A stretch of 64,000 nt of DNA from an uncultured Actinomycetota bacterium. GTDB lineage: Bacteria > Actinomycetota > Acidimicrobiia > Spongiisociales > UBA5794. Position 1 is the stretch's first letter; every line of letters begins with the position of its first letter. The position numbers and the translations under genes were made by a program. This document shows positions 39,805-49,503 of the stretch, one piece after another. The notes beneath the pieces are model-generated. The model did not search any database. It was not told where the DNA came from and saw only the letters and a list, made by a program, of their open reading frames with translations. The stretch is taken from positions 248 through 64,247 of the forward strand of contig CAWEEG010000045.1 in NCBI GenBank assembly GCA_963808015.1, read 5' to 3'.

Positions 39805-41994
39805 CTACTGCAGCCCCTCGACCAGATACATCTCCATCTCCCCCTTGCCCTTGACATCAACCAGGCCGCGTGAGTGTCCTCGGCATGCGTGAGCGATTCG
39901 GTCCCACGAACTGCGGCTGACGCACACTCCGTCGGGAACGCCATTGCTCTCGACTCTCGAGGCGGTGTTCACGGTGTCGCCCCAGACGTCGAACAAGAAC
40001 TTCTTGTCCCCCAAAACACCTGCGATCAGGTCTCCGCTATGGATGCCCAACCGCACGCTCCACGTCGGCGTCAGTTCGCGACATGCGGCGATCATGTCGA
40101 AACCTGCCTTGACGCACTGGAGGTCCGGGTTGAGCATCGGCGACAAGAGCCCGGTGGCGGCCATGAACGAGTCGCCGATCGTCTTGATCTTCTCGAGGCC
40201 GTGGCGCTCCGAGATCTCCTCGAACTGGAGGGTGATCTTGGTGAGAGCGTCCAGCACCTCCTCGGGATCGTGCGTGTCGCAGTATTCCGTGAAGCCGACG
40301 ATGTCGGCGAACAACACGGCTACACATTCGTGGCGCCGTGCCTGAACACGACCGTTCGCCTTGAGTTCGTCTGCGATCTTGTCCGGCAGGATCGCTCTGA
40401 GCAGACGATCCGTCTGAAGCCGCTCCGCCTGGCTCTCTTGGAAAAGTCGGGCGTTGCGGATCGCACTTCCGGCATGGTCGGCGAAAGCCTGCAAACGATG
40501 GGCCTGGTCCAAGGTGAAGCTCCCGATCTCGACGCTGTCCAACGAGATGAAGCCGATTACCTGCCCCTCGGCATGGATTCCGACGACCGCGGCCGATCGG
40601 ATGGCCTTGCCCTCCTCGGTCACAATCCAGCCCGGCTCTGATCGTGTGTCATGAACGACCACGGGTTCGCCGGTCTCGATCAGACGGCGAAAGAGGTTCG
40701 TGAGAGGGAACCGCACGCCGAGCATCGGATCGGGATACCCCCTTGCTCTGATGACCTCGGCGTGATCACCCTCAACCATGAGCACGGTCCCGATGACGTA
40801 TGGCACGACTCGAGCCGCGCGCTCCAGAATGAGGTCAAGTACGTCCTCTAGCTCCAGAGTGCTACTCAGGGCGGCCGACACATCACCAAGCGCCTCAGCA
40901 AGCAACCGCTCTTCCTGCGCAGCCGACCGGGCGGATTCGGATTCGGCAAACATACGAGCGTTGTGGAGGGCGATCCCGACTTGGTTCGAGAAGGCCTCGA
41001 GCGGCTCGAACAGCTCGGCCGGGAAGGCGGCCGGCTCGCCACTGCTCAAGCTCAGGAATCCGATTGCCTCGCCACTCAGCTTGATCGGTGCGGTCAGATT
41101 GGAGCGAATCCACTCGGTGTCTTCGCTTGACACCCAGTCACTCGCGTCCGGAACGCGTGTCCGCGATCAGGAATGGCCGTTGGGTATCAACCACCGCACG
41201 AAGGGTCGGAGTCTCAGCGATTGCGAGCCTCTTGCCCAGCAGCGCTTCCTCTCCGGGTGTGGTGCGCACCACCTCGGCCTCTCCGCCTTGGATCAGCATG
41301 ACGGTCACAGCTGCTCCCGCGAAGAATCCGGACATGCGACCGAGGATGTAGTCGAGCAGATCATCGACATCGCGCTGCATCGTCAGCTCAGTGGTGATGT
41401 CGGCCAGTACCTGCGTCAACCGTCGTTGTTCACGCATCGCTGCGAGCGCCACTTTGGCTGTCGTGGTACAACCGGGCGTTGTGGATCGCGCTTCCGGCAT
41501 GGTCGGCGAAAGCCTGCAAACGATGGGCCTGATCCATCGTGAAGCTCCCGGTCTCCACGCTGTCCAGGCAAACGAATCCGATGACCCGCCCATCTGCATG
41601 GATCCCAACGACCGCGGCAGACCGAACGTCTCTCGCCTCCTCAGTCACGGTCCAATCCGGCTCCAGGCGCGTGTCGTGGACCACCACAGGATCGCCGGTC
41701 TCGATCAAGAGCCTCCAGAGTTTCGTGAGCAGGGAACCGGACGCCGATCATTGAATCCGGATATCCTCTCGCTCTCATGACCTCGGCGTGGTCGCCTTCG
41801 ACCAAGAGCACCGTCCCGATGGCGTATGGCACCACCCGAGCAGCGCGATCCAGAATCAGATCCAGCACGTCCTCCAGCTCCAGCGTGCTGCTCAATGCAG
41901 CCGAAACATCACCAAGCGCCTCAGCCAACAACCGCTGCTCACCATTCCCGTCTTCTTCCTTGGTTGGCAACGATGGTTCGTCCACGGTGAACAC
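39805..41994 (-). CDS. multi-GAF sensor class III adenylate cyclase (N-terminal half frame-disrupted)
   Basis: The C-terminal 442 aa are intact: GAF then cyclase (VAVLFADIVGFTEY ... KTIGDSFMAATG ... RLGIHSGDLIAGVLG ... FDVWGDTVNTASR). Upstream frames add GAF-B and a duplicated GAF-A reaching ATG 41994. Confidence 0.85.
40448..40911. repeat. GAF-module duplication, copy 1
   Basis: Roughly four-fifths nucleotide identity by eye to 41473-41937 at an offset of 1025-1026 nt, including an identical 41-mer (40466-40506 = 41491-41531). Confidence 0.9.
41473..41937. repeat. GAF-module duplication, copy 2
   Basis: See copy 1. Encodes RLLAEALGDVSAALSSTLELEDVLDLILDRAARVVPYAIGTVLLVEGDHAEVMRARGYPD..., parallel to copy 1. 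Confidence 0.9.
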
Positions 41995-42106
41995 CTTTCA
42001 CGTCAAGGGATTGATGAGTCGGTTGGTAGTGCGGAAACGGCCCCTGCCCACAACCGCCTGTCCACCCAAGTGTCTGACGATCCGGCCAACTCGCACGTTC
42101 GAATAC

Positions 42107-42436
42107 TCACTTGTCGTTCAGGCGGTCCGCTGGGATCAGATGCCCAGCCACGTGCATTGTTGTGTGCCGGCAGTCGAGTCCCGCGGCGTCGAAGACCGTG
42201 TTCGCCGGATGGGTGCGTTCGTCGCCCAGGGCTCGGTCCAACGATTCGGCGTCGCGCCACAGCGAAACGATCTGCCAGAGACCGTCCCCGCGCAGCAGAT
42301 AGGTCTCGATGAGCCCATGTGGTTGTTCGCCCACAACGAGGTCCGACCAAGCACCGAACACGTGATGGGAATCTGCCTCAGCGACTTCAGCCTCGGCAAC
42401 GGCATAGATCACATACACCTCCTGTAGCTCCTCCAA
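42107..42436 (-). CDS. hypothetical protein (possibly ABM/dimeric alpha-beta barrel fold)
   Basis: Intact 109-aa ORF with a protein-like composition. The family assignment is only a guess. Confidence 0.4.
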   Translation of the reverse strand: MEELQEVYVIYAVAEAEVAEADSHHVFGAWSDLVVGEQPHGLIETYLLRGDGLWQIVSLWRDAESLDRALGDERTHPANTVFDAAGLDCRHTTMHVAGHLIPADRLNDK

Positions 42437-42596
42437 ATCCTACGCGGCTGTCACTCCCCCTCGCGGCGGATCTCCGGTGCCTGGCGTACGCCGGACACCA
42501 CCCTTGAATGCCTCTTCAGTAGCCGGCCCCCGGGGCTGAAGATCTCTGGAGTTTTTCGTCACCGCTGCCCGGTTTCTGTCGTACCTGGTTGATAGG

Positions 42597-43762
42597 TTGG
42601 TCGTATGGATATCGAGACCGCCACCAACGATCGGATTGAGCAACAACTACTTGACCGACGAAGCCCAGATCGCTCGGCTCCGGGCGTCTCAGATGATCTT
42701 GTTGCGTGAGGTTGATCGCCGACAGATGCCGATGGGGGCGGGGTGTGGGTCGTTGGGTGAGTGGGTGCGGGGCCGCCTCGACGTCGCCCCGGAGACGGCA
42801 CGAGACCTGGTCGCCACCGCCAAACATCTCGAAGAGCTACCGGATGTTGAAGAAGCGATCGAAACTGGTGTGATCGGCTTCGATCGGGCGGTAGCGGTCG
42901 GCAGGTTCGCAGGCCGGGACGACACATTCGACGTGTTGAATGAGATGGCGGGTTTCGATATTGCCGGGATCCGGCACCGGGCAGCGAAACGGCGGCGTAT
43001 GAGCCAGGGTTGATGAACAAATGGCATTCAACGACCGGTACTCACCGTGCAGCCCAATATCGACGAATCGGCGTGGCGTCTCAACGGCCGCCTCCCCGGC
43101 TTGGCCGGCAGCATCGTCATCGACGCCCTTGAAACCAAAGCCGACACATTCCCGAAAGGACCCGGGCACGGTGTCGCGGGCAGCGAGGAACGTGGACGCT
43201 CTGTGGGCCATCAGCTTGGATGCCCTCTACGGCACCGATGGTGCGTCGATCGAAGACCCGACACCGGTGTTGACCGTGTTCGTGGACGCCAGTGAGGCGG
43301 CAGCTCGAACGGTGAGGCGGGTGTGACGGTTGCAGGTGGGCCGCGGGTTGGTGAGGCAGCGATTGAAGCGATCCTGTGTGACGGCATCATCGAGGTCACC
43401 GCCCGCACCAAAGACGGCACACCGCTGCGTATGGGACGCCGCACCGGCCATCTCACCCCAACTCCGTCGGTTCGTCATGGATCGTGACGGTGCGGCATGC
43501 ACCATTGCAGGCTGTACGAGCCGGTATCGGTTGCAGGTGCATCACATCAAACGTTGGATCGATGGTGGCCGCACCGACCCGGAGAACCTGACGACGGTGT
43601 GTTGGTTCCACCACCAAGTCGTGATCCACGGCCAAGGCTTCCGCCATCGACCCCGATTCGCCGCCACAACGACGGCGCCTCTTGCAGCCCCCAATCCACG
43701 GCCCACCCTGGCTCGAACAAGCAAGAACCCGCGGCATGGTCGTAAGCGAAACAGCCGCATAG
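42597..43762 (+). pseudogene. DUF222 + HNH endonuclease (REP13E12-like family), at least 3 frameshifts
   Basis: DUF222-type N-terminus (ARLRASQMILLREVDRRQ...GSLGEWVRGRLDVAPETARDLVATAKHLEELP...FDRAVAV). HNH region ISPQLRRFVMDRDGAACTIAGCTSRYRLQVHHIKRWIDGGRTDPENLTTVCWFHHQVVIHGQGF. TAG at 43760-43762 in the last frame. Confidence 0.8.
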
Positions 43763-43773
43763 CCGACAGACTT

Positions 43774-43837
43774 GAGATCCGAGATCCGAGATCCGAGACC
43801 CGAGACCCGAACCCGAACCCGAACCGAACCCGAATCC
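43774..43837. repeat. heptamer/hexamer array, locus 2 left arm
   Basis: GAGATCC x3 and GAGACCC x2 (43774-43808), followed by GAACCC-type hexamers x5 (43809-43837). Confidence 0.9.
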
Positions 43838-44012
43838 TCTACCTCCGTCGGATTCCTCACCCTCAGGGGGAGGTGGCAGCGGCGGAGCCTCTCCTGAGCG
43901 ACGTGACGGTTCCCCGTGTCAGATCAGGTCCACAACCCGGGCGGAGCCGCTGGCGGAGGGGGTCAGACGGTTCCACGACCCACAAGCGGCCTCAGATTTC
44001 GAGGAGGCATCC

Positions 44013-44033
44013 CGAGACTTGAGACTTGAGATA
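44013..44033. repeat. heptamer array, locus 2 centre
   Basis: GAGACTT GAGACTT GAGATAC. Confidence 0.8.
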
Positions 44034-44151
44034 CGTGGCGGGCCTCATCTTCGTGATTCGGGCTCCCAGGCCGCCCCCTCCCGCCCTCGCTCCGCTCGGG
44101 CACCCTCCCCCACCTTCGGCGGTGGAGGCGAAGATACGCGCTCAATCCGAG

Positions 44152-44207
44152 TCTCGAGTCTCGGATCTCAAGTCTCGGGTCTCATGTTTCGGATCTCTTC
44201 TCTTGCT
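44152..44207. repeat. heptamer array, locus 2 right arm (inverted relative to the left arm)
   Basis: TCTCGAG TCTCGGA TCTCAAG TCTCGGG TCTCATG TTTCGGA TCTCTTC TCTTGCT. Ends 6 nt before the stop of the convergent gene 44213..44794. Confidence 0.9.
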
Positions 44208-44212
44208 ACTAA

Positions 44213-44794
44213 CTACTTGCTACTTGTTCTCCCAAACGCAGCGAGCAGCGCCGTCTCAGACCGTTCGGCCTTGAGCGCGGAGGTGTCGAGGGAGAAGAGC
44301 TCAGATGTGTTCGAGGTCCGGCTGGTGATTTCGGCGAACGACCAGCCGACGAATTCCTCCCGAATCGAGGCCGGCGGGTTCACGGCTTCCGCGATGTCCC
44401 AGGTGTGGATGATCAGCTCGTGCAAGCGGATCCGCAGCACCTCCCTCCCGGCCAAGCCCCCGGCGACGTGGTTGCACATGCGGTCGAGAACGTCGGGTTC
44501 GCCGAAGGCCAACAGTTGTGCTTTGATCGACCCAAGAGCAGCGGTCCGCGGTTCATGGCTCTCGTCGAACGACTTCCTCGTCTCAGCCATCGCATCTTCG
44601 GCGGTTGCCCCGCCGAGTACCAGAACCGTGAACCAATTCCCTCCGGTGACATGGTCGACGAGGTCCTCGAGGTCCCACTCCGTGCAGGGTGTCGGCAGGG
44701 ACCATTGCTCCTCGCCAATCGAACGGCACAGATTCTCGAAGTCAGAGCCGACGCTGACCAGGATGGCAAGTTCACCGGCGTCGTTGGGACTCAT
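44213..44794 (-). CDS. DinB/maleylpyruvate-isomerase N-terminal domain family protein (TIGR03086-like)
   Basis: Intact 193 aa. EEQWSLPTPCTEWDLEDLVDHVTGG ... IHTWDIAEA. Confidence 0.7.
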   Translation of the reverse strand: MSPNDAGELAILVSVGSDFENLCRSIGEEQWSLPTPCTEWDLEDLVDHVTGGNWFTVLVLGGATAEDAMAETRKSFDESHEPRTAALGSIKAQLLAFGEPDVLDRMCNHVAGGLAGREVLRIRLHELIIHTWDIAEAVNPPASIREEFVGWSFAEITSRTSNTSELFSLDTSALKAERSETALLAAFGRTSSK

Positions 44795-44881
44795 CCCGAA
44801 TTCTCCCTGTCGCGAGCGAGTCTCGGCCCGAGGTCGAGTCTATGCCGCGAAGCGCAAAGCGGACTCAGATACGCTGGCCCG

Positions 44882-45643
44882 GTGCCGTGGGATCCAGACC
44901 GCTACCTCCGCTTCGCCGACCATCGGACCCGGCCGGGGATCGAACTCCTCACGCGTATTCCCGACATCGAGGCCCGGCAGATCGTCGACCTCGGATGTGG
45001 GACCGGGAACCTCACCGCGCTGCTCGCACGGCGGTGGCCTGACGCGAACACAACGGGAATCGACTCGTCCGAGGAGATGATCGAGCGAGCTCGTCGCGAT
45101 CACCCGGCACTGAGCTGGACGATCGGCTCGATCGAATCCTGGGATCCGGACACACGTTTCGATGTGGTCTTCTCGAATGCCGCCCTTCACTGGGTCGACG
45201 GCCACGAAACGCTATTCCGTCGCCTTCGGTCGTTTCTCGCAGACGATGGAGTCCTCGCTGTGCAGATGCCGGACAACTGGGCTGCTCCAACCCACCGAAT
45301 CCCAGCGGACGTGCTCGACGGCGGGGACTGGCCCGCCACTGCCGGGACCGCGCTGATGCGCGACCGGCTGTCGAGCCCGGACCTCTATGCCCGCTGGCTT
45401 CAACCCGCGACGGTCGACATGTGGCGCACGACGTATTTTCAGGAACTCAACGGCGACAACCCGGTATGGGAGTGGGTCACGGGTTCCGTCCTTCGCCCCG
45501 TCTTGGCCAATCTCGATGCCGCAAGCCGAGACCGCTTCGCTCAGCGCTGCAAGGCACTGTACCGCGAGGCCTATCCGCCGGATTCGGAGGGAACGACGAC
45601 CTTGCCATTCAGCCGGCTCTTCGTGATTGCGCAGGCCACGTAG
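44882..45643 (+). CDS. tam: trans-aconitate 2-methyltransferase
   Basis: GTG 44882 gives (M)PWDPDRYLRFADHRTRPGIELL. SAM motif IVDLGCGTGNLTALL. FSNAALHWV. The N-terminal part of ORF 44405 is antisense to the neighbouring gene and is rejected. Confidence 0.85.
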   Translation: MPWDPDRYLRFADHRTRPGIELLTRIPDIEARQIVDLGCGTGNLTALLARRWPDANTTGIDSSEEMIERARRDHPALSWTIGSIESWDPDTRFDVVFSNAALHWVDGHETLFRRLRSFLADDGVLAVQMPDNWAAPTHRIPADVLDGGDWPATAGTALMRDRLSSPDLYARWLQPATVDMWRTTYFQELNGDNPVWEWVTGSVLRPVLANLDAASRDRFAQRCKALYREAYPPDSEGTTTLPFSRLFVIAQAT

Positions 45644-45690
45644 CTCCGGAGTCGGACCGCCCAAGGACAGGTCGTGCCGACGCCGACCGC

Positions 45691-46822
45691 CTACTCGAGA
45701 ACGAAGATGTTCCGTTTCGCACACAGGTCCTTGAGGACCTGCGGCCACACGGTCACCGAAACCTCCCCGAGATGTGCCTTGCGAAGCAGGTACATGTAGG
45801 TGCGGGATTGGCCAATGCCGCCGCCGATGGACTGCGGGATCTCGTCGTTCACGATCGCCTGGTGATACGGCAGTTCGAGGAAGTCGAGTTGCCCGGTCAT
45901 CTCGAGCTGCTGCAGCAGCGTCTCCTTGGTGACTCGGATGCCCATCGACGTCAGCTCGTGCCGGCGCTTCGTGACCGGGTTCCAGACGAGGATGTCACCG
46001 TTGAGCCCGTGCATCGGCCGGCCATCGGCAGAAACGGTCTCAGTGACCCAGTCGTCGTAGTCGGCGGCACGCATCTCGTGGGGATATCCGTCCTCGAGCG
46101 TCCAGCCGATGCCGTAGATGAACACGGCTGGGTGCTCCTGAAGGATTGCGGTCTCTCGTTGCTTTCGCGGCAGATCCGGATAACGAGCGAGAAGATCCTC
46201 GGCGTGGATGAAATACAGCTCCTCGGGAATCTCCGGATACCGGGGGTCGTAGAGCTGAGGGAAGAGATCCAAGGCGTGTTGAGAAGCGCCGTGGAGCACC
46301 TTCCAGATACGCTGAACCGTGTCGGTCAGATACTCCAGGGTGCGGTCGCTTGGGACGGATGACCTTCTCCCAGTCCCATTGGTCGACGTAGGCGGAGTGG
46401 TCGTGGTCGAGGAAGTAGTCCTTGCGGACCGCCTTCATGTCGGTGCAGATTCCCTCGCCGGGTTGCATGCCGAACTGACCGAGAGCAACGCGCTTCCACT
46501 TCGTTGCCGCTTGGACGATCTGCCCCTCGATGGGATTCATGTCTCGATCGTTGCTGATGTGGAACTCGACCGGGCCTCGCGATCCGTCACGGTCGAGGTA
46601 GTCGTTGACGCCGCTGGCTTCATCCACAATGAGCGGTACCTGCACCATCATCAACCCGAGTTCGCGACAGAGGTTCTCTTCGATGTACGCCTTGACGGCA
46701 AACAGCGCCTCCATGGTTTCGCGGTGGCTCAATGCGGACGAGTAGTCATCGGGCAGATCCTCCGCCAGATCCTCGTAGTTTCCAATACCGGGCCCGGCAA
46801 GGTCGGCGGCTTTGTCAGTCAT
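45691..46822 (-). CDS. asnA: aspartate--ammonia ligase (one frameshift near 46330)
   Basis: HSAYVDQWDWEKVI, LNGDILVWNPVTKRRHELTSMGIRV, IGGGIGQSRTYMYLL. RBS AGGAGG before ATG 46822. Confidence 0.9.
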
Positions 46823-46950
46823 GGCACGCGCCTCCTGCAGTCTTCGCTGCGCTCAACCCGAACCGTATCCATTGGACCGGGCGCCATCTAGGGCCCGGAG
46901 TCTCTAGGGCCAGAGGCTTTCGGCGGTAACCGGAGTGAACGCCGCCGGAC

Positions 46951-47607
46951 CTATTCCGGTCGGCGTTCGATTTGGGATGCGATCCGCACCGCTCCAACCA
47001 GCGAACCGCTCACCGGCACTCCGAGGTCTTCGAGATCTTCGAGATGATGTGATCCACCGTCGTAGAGAACACATGCCGTGCCGACGACGCCGGCGGCCAC
47101 CGCGTCGTCGGTCGAATCCCCGATCATCACGACAGATCCGACATCGAGGTCAAGGATCGAGACATGTCTCAGGAGGTGACCCGCCTTCTCGCCGCCGGGG
47201 TCGTCCACATTCCCCTGGACGAGCGCCATACGATCAACGAGCCCGTGTCTGGCCACGACGTCCAGCAGTTCGTCTTCCCACCACATCGAAAGGATCGACT
47301 GGCTCCAGCCGCGAGCCCCCACCGCGTCGATCGCCTCTGCGGCGTCGGCCGCAAGCGGCACACGATCGAGCGCATCGCGGTATCGGTTGTGAAACACTCG
47401 ATCGAGAGTCTCCCACTCGTCGGCTGAGATGGACCGCTCAAGCAAGCGTTCATAGAACTTCTCCACGGGGCGGGTGAAGTACGCGCGATAGTCATCCTCG
47501 GTGATGGGCTCCTCGCCGATCGCTCCGAGCGCAGCATTGACGGATTCGACAACAACCGGAAGGTCCTCGACCAGGGTGCCGTTCCAGTCCCAAACCACGT
47601 GGATCAT
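46951..47607 (-). CDS. HAD family hydrolase
   Basis: Motif I WDWNGTLVED. Motif IV MIGDSTDDAVAA. Intact 218 aa. Confidence 0.8.
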   Translation of the reverse strand: MIHVVWDWNGTLVEDLPVVVESVNAALGAIGEEPITEDDYRAYFTRPVEKFYERLLERSISADEWETLDRVFHNRYRDALDRVPLAADAAEAIDAVGARGWSQSILSMWWEDELLDVVARHGLVDRMALVQGNVDDPGGEKAGHLLRHVSILDLDVGSVVMIGDSTDDAVAAGVVGTACVLYDGGSHHLEDLEDLGVPVSGSLVGAVRIASQIERRPE

Positions 47608-47633
47608 GACGCCAGAGATTAGGTTGGCCCTCG

Positions 47634-48692
47634 ATGGGAACTTACGACCTCGGCGATCCCGGCATCGATGCAGCCATCGACACGCTCATTGAACGTGTCG
47701 CTGAGACGGCGAGCGACCATGGTGAGGATCTCGTGCGTGAGATGGTTGTCACGTCTTTGAAGATGCTGGTCGACGGTACCGAGCGCGGCGATCTGAAGAT
47801 GATGAACGCCGCCCTCAAGGAGATGCGCTACTCATTCCTCGTGTTCCAGCACTATCGGGATGTGCGGAAAGTCACCATGTTCGGCTCTGCGCGCGTGGAA
47901 CCGAACGACCCGAACTACGAACTCGCTGCAGCCTTCGCTGCCCAGATGGTCGACCGGTACCGGTGGATGGTCGTCACGGGAGCGGGTCCGGGCATCATGG
48001 AGGCCGGAAATCGGGGTGCCGGGAGCGACTACTCGTTCGGCGTGAGCGTCCGACTCCCTTTCGAAGACGGCGCCAACCCGTTCGTGCACGAGAGCCGCCT
48101 CATCAACTACAAGTACTTCTTCACCCGCAAGCTGACATTCATCAAGGAATCCGACGCGTTCGTTCTCTTCCCGGGTGGCTTCGGAACCCTCGATGAGTCG
48201 TTCGAACTCCTCACCCTCATCCAAACGGGCAAGTCCGACCTGCATCCCGTGATCATGCTCGAGGCGCCGGGTACCGGATTCTGGGGACCGTGGGCCGAAT
48301 TCGTCAACACCCTCGTCGATCAAGGCATGATCGCCGCGGACGATCTCAACTTGTTCACGGTCACAACGAGCCTCGACGAGGCCATCGATGAGATCAGGTC
48401 GTTCTATGCCGTATATCACTCGCAGCGGTATGTCGACGGCGATCTGATCCTTCGGCTCACCTCCGAACCGAGTGATGCGGTTGTCGACGAACTCAACGAG
48501 CAATTCGGCGACATCGTACGGACGGGCCAAATCGTCAAGATCGGGCCAACGCCGGCGGAGATCGCCTCGGGTGACTTCGTCGACCTTGCCCGCCTCCGGT
48601 TCCGCTTCGATCGTCGACAGTTCGGCCGCCTCCGGTGCCTCATCGACCATTTGAACGGAAAAGACCGACCCCTCCCGAGCGAAACGAAGTAA
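47634..48692 (+). CDS. LOG/TIGR00730 family Rossmann-fold nucleotide-binding protein with N- and C-terminal extensions
   Basis: VTMFGSAR ... VVTGAGPGIMEAGNRGA ... FPGGFGTLDESFE. Intact 352 aa. Confidence 0.8.
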   Translation: MGTYDLGDPGIDAAIDTLIERVAETASDHGEDLVREMVVTSLKMLVDGTERGDLKMMNAALKEMRYSFLVFQHYRDVRKVTMFGSARVEPNDPNYELAAAFAAQMVDRYRWMVVTGAGPGIMEAGNRGAGSDYSFGVSVRLPFEDGANPFVHESRLINYKYFFTRKLTFIKESDAFVLFPGGFGTLDESFELLTLIQTGKSDLHPVIMLEAPGTGFWGPWAEFVNTLVDQGMIAADDLNLFTVTTSLDEAIDEIRSFYAVYHSQRYVDGDLILRLTSEPSDAVVDELNEQFGDIVRTGQIVKIGPTPAEIASGDFVDLARLRFRFDRRQFGRLRCLIDHLNGKDRPLPSETK

Positions 48693-48717
48693 CGGCAGCG
48701 CCAGTAGAATCCTGTGG

Positions 48718-49500
48718 ATGCGGGAAATTCTCTCCGACCTCGTCGCCGAAGAACAGCACCTGGACCAATTCCTCCAGGGCCTTTCGACGCGTGACTGGAA
48801 GAAGAAGACGCCGGCGCCCGGTTGGACGATTCAGGACCAGGTCAGCCATCTCGCCCACGTCGAGGGTTTCGCCGCACAAGTCATCGAGCAGGGCCAGTCG
48901 CGCATCGACGAGGAGAACATCACCGACTTCGACGCCTGGACAGCGAAGGGCCCGGCCGAGGGACGCGGCCAACGGCACCAGGAAGTGATCGAATGGTGGC
49001 GGCACGGCCGCGCCGACGTCGTTGACGCTCTCTCGCGCATGCTGGCGACCGATCGGATCCCCTGGATTTGCGGTGAGATGAGCGCACGAAGCTTCGCGAC
49101 GATGAGGCTGATGGAGACCTGGGCCCACGGCATCGACGTCAAAGTCGCAATCCTGGGTCGCATGATCCCGATCCCGGAAGACGAACTCGAAGAAGAAGAG
49201 GAAGACCCGATCGCTGACACCCCGCGGCTTCGTCACATCGCATGGCTCGGCCAGAAGAGCCTTCCGTTCGCCTTCGAACAAGCCGGTGAAACCTACCCGG
49301 AGCAGGGGATCCGCGTTGAGCTCATGGGCCCGAAGTATGCAGCGTGGCGGTACGGGCCCGAGGACACCGATCAAGTGATCCGCGGCATGGCCGCCGACTG
49401 GTGCAGGGTCGTCGTACTCCGCCAGCCAGCCTCGGAGACCGGATTGAAGGCGGTTGGTAGCTCCGCCGAACGAGCGCTCGAGATTGCGCGGGCGTACTAG
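48718..49500 (+). CDS. TIGR03084-like (DinB/MDMPI N-terminal domain) metal-binding protein
   Basis: TPAPGWTIQDQVSHLAH ... METWAHGID. Intact 260 aa. Confidence 0.7.
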   Translation: MREILSDLVAEEQHLDQFLQGLSTRDWKKKTPAPGWTIQDQVSHLAHVEGFAAQVIEQGQSRIDEENITDFDAWTAKGPAEGRGQRHQEVIEWWRHGRADVVDALSRMLATDRIPWICGEMSARSFATMRLMETWAHGIDVKVAILGRMIPIPEDELEEEEEDPIADTPRLRHIAWLGQKSLPFAFEQAGETYPEQGIRVELMGPKYAAWRYGPEDTDQVIRGMAADWCRVVVLRQPASETGLKAVGSSAERALEIARAY

Positions 49501-49503
49501 GCC

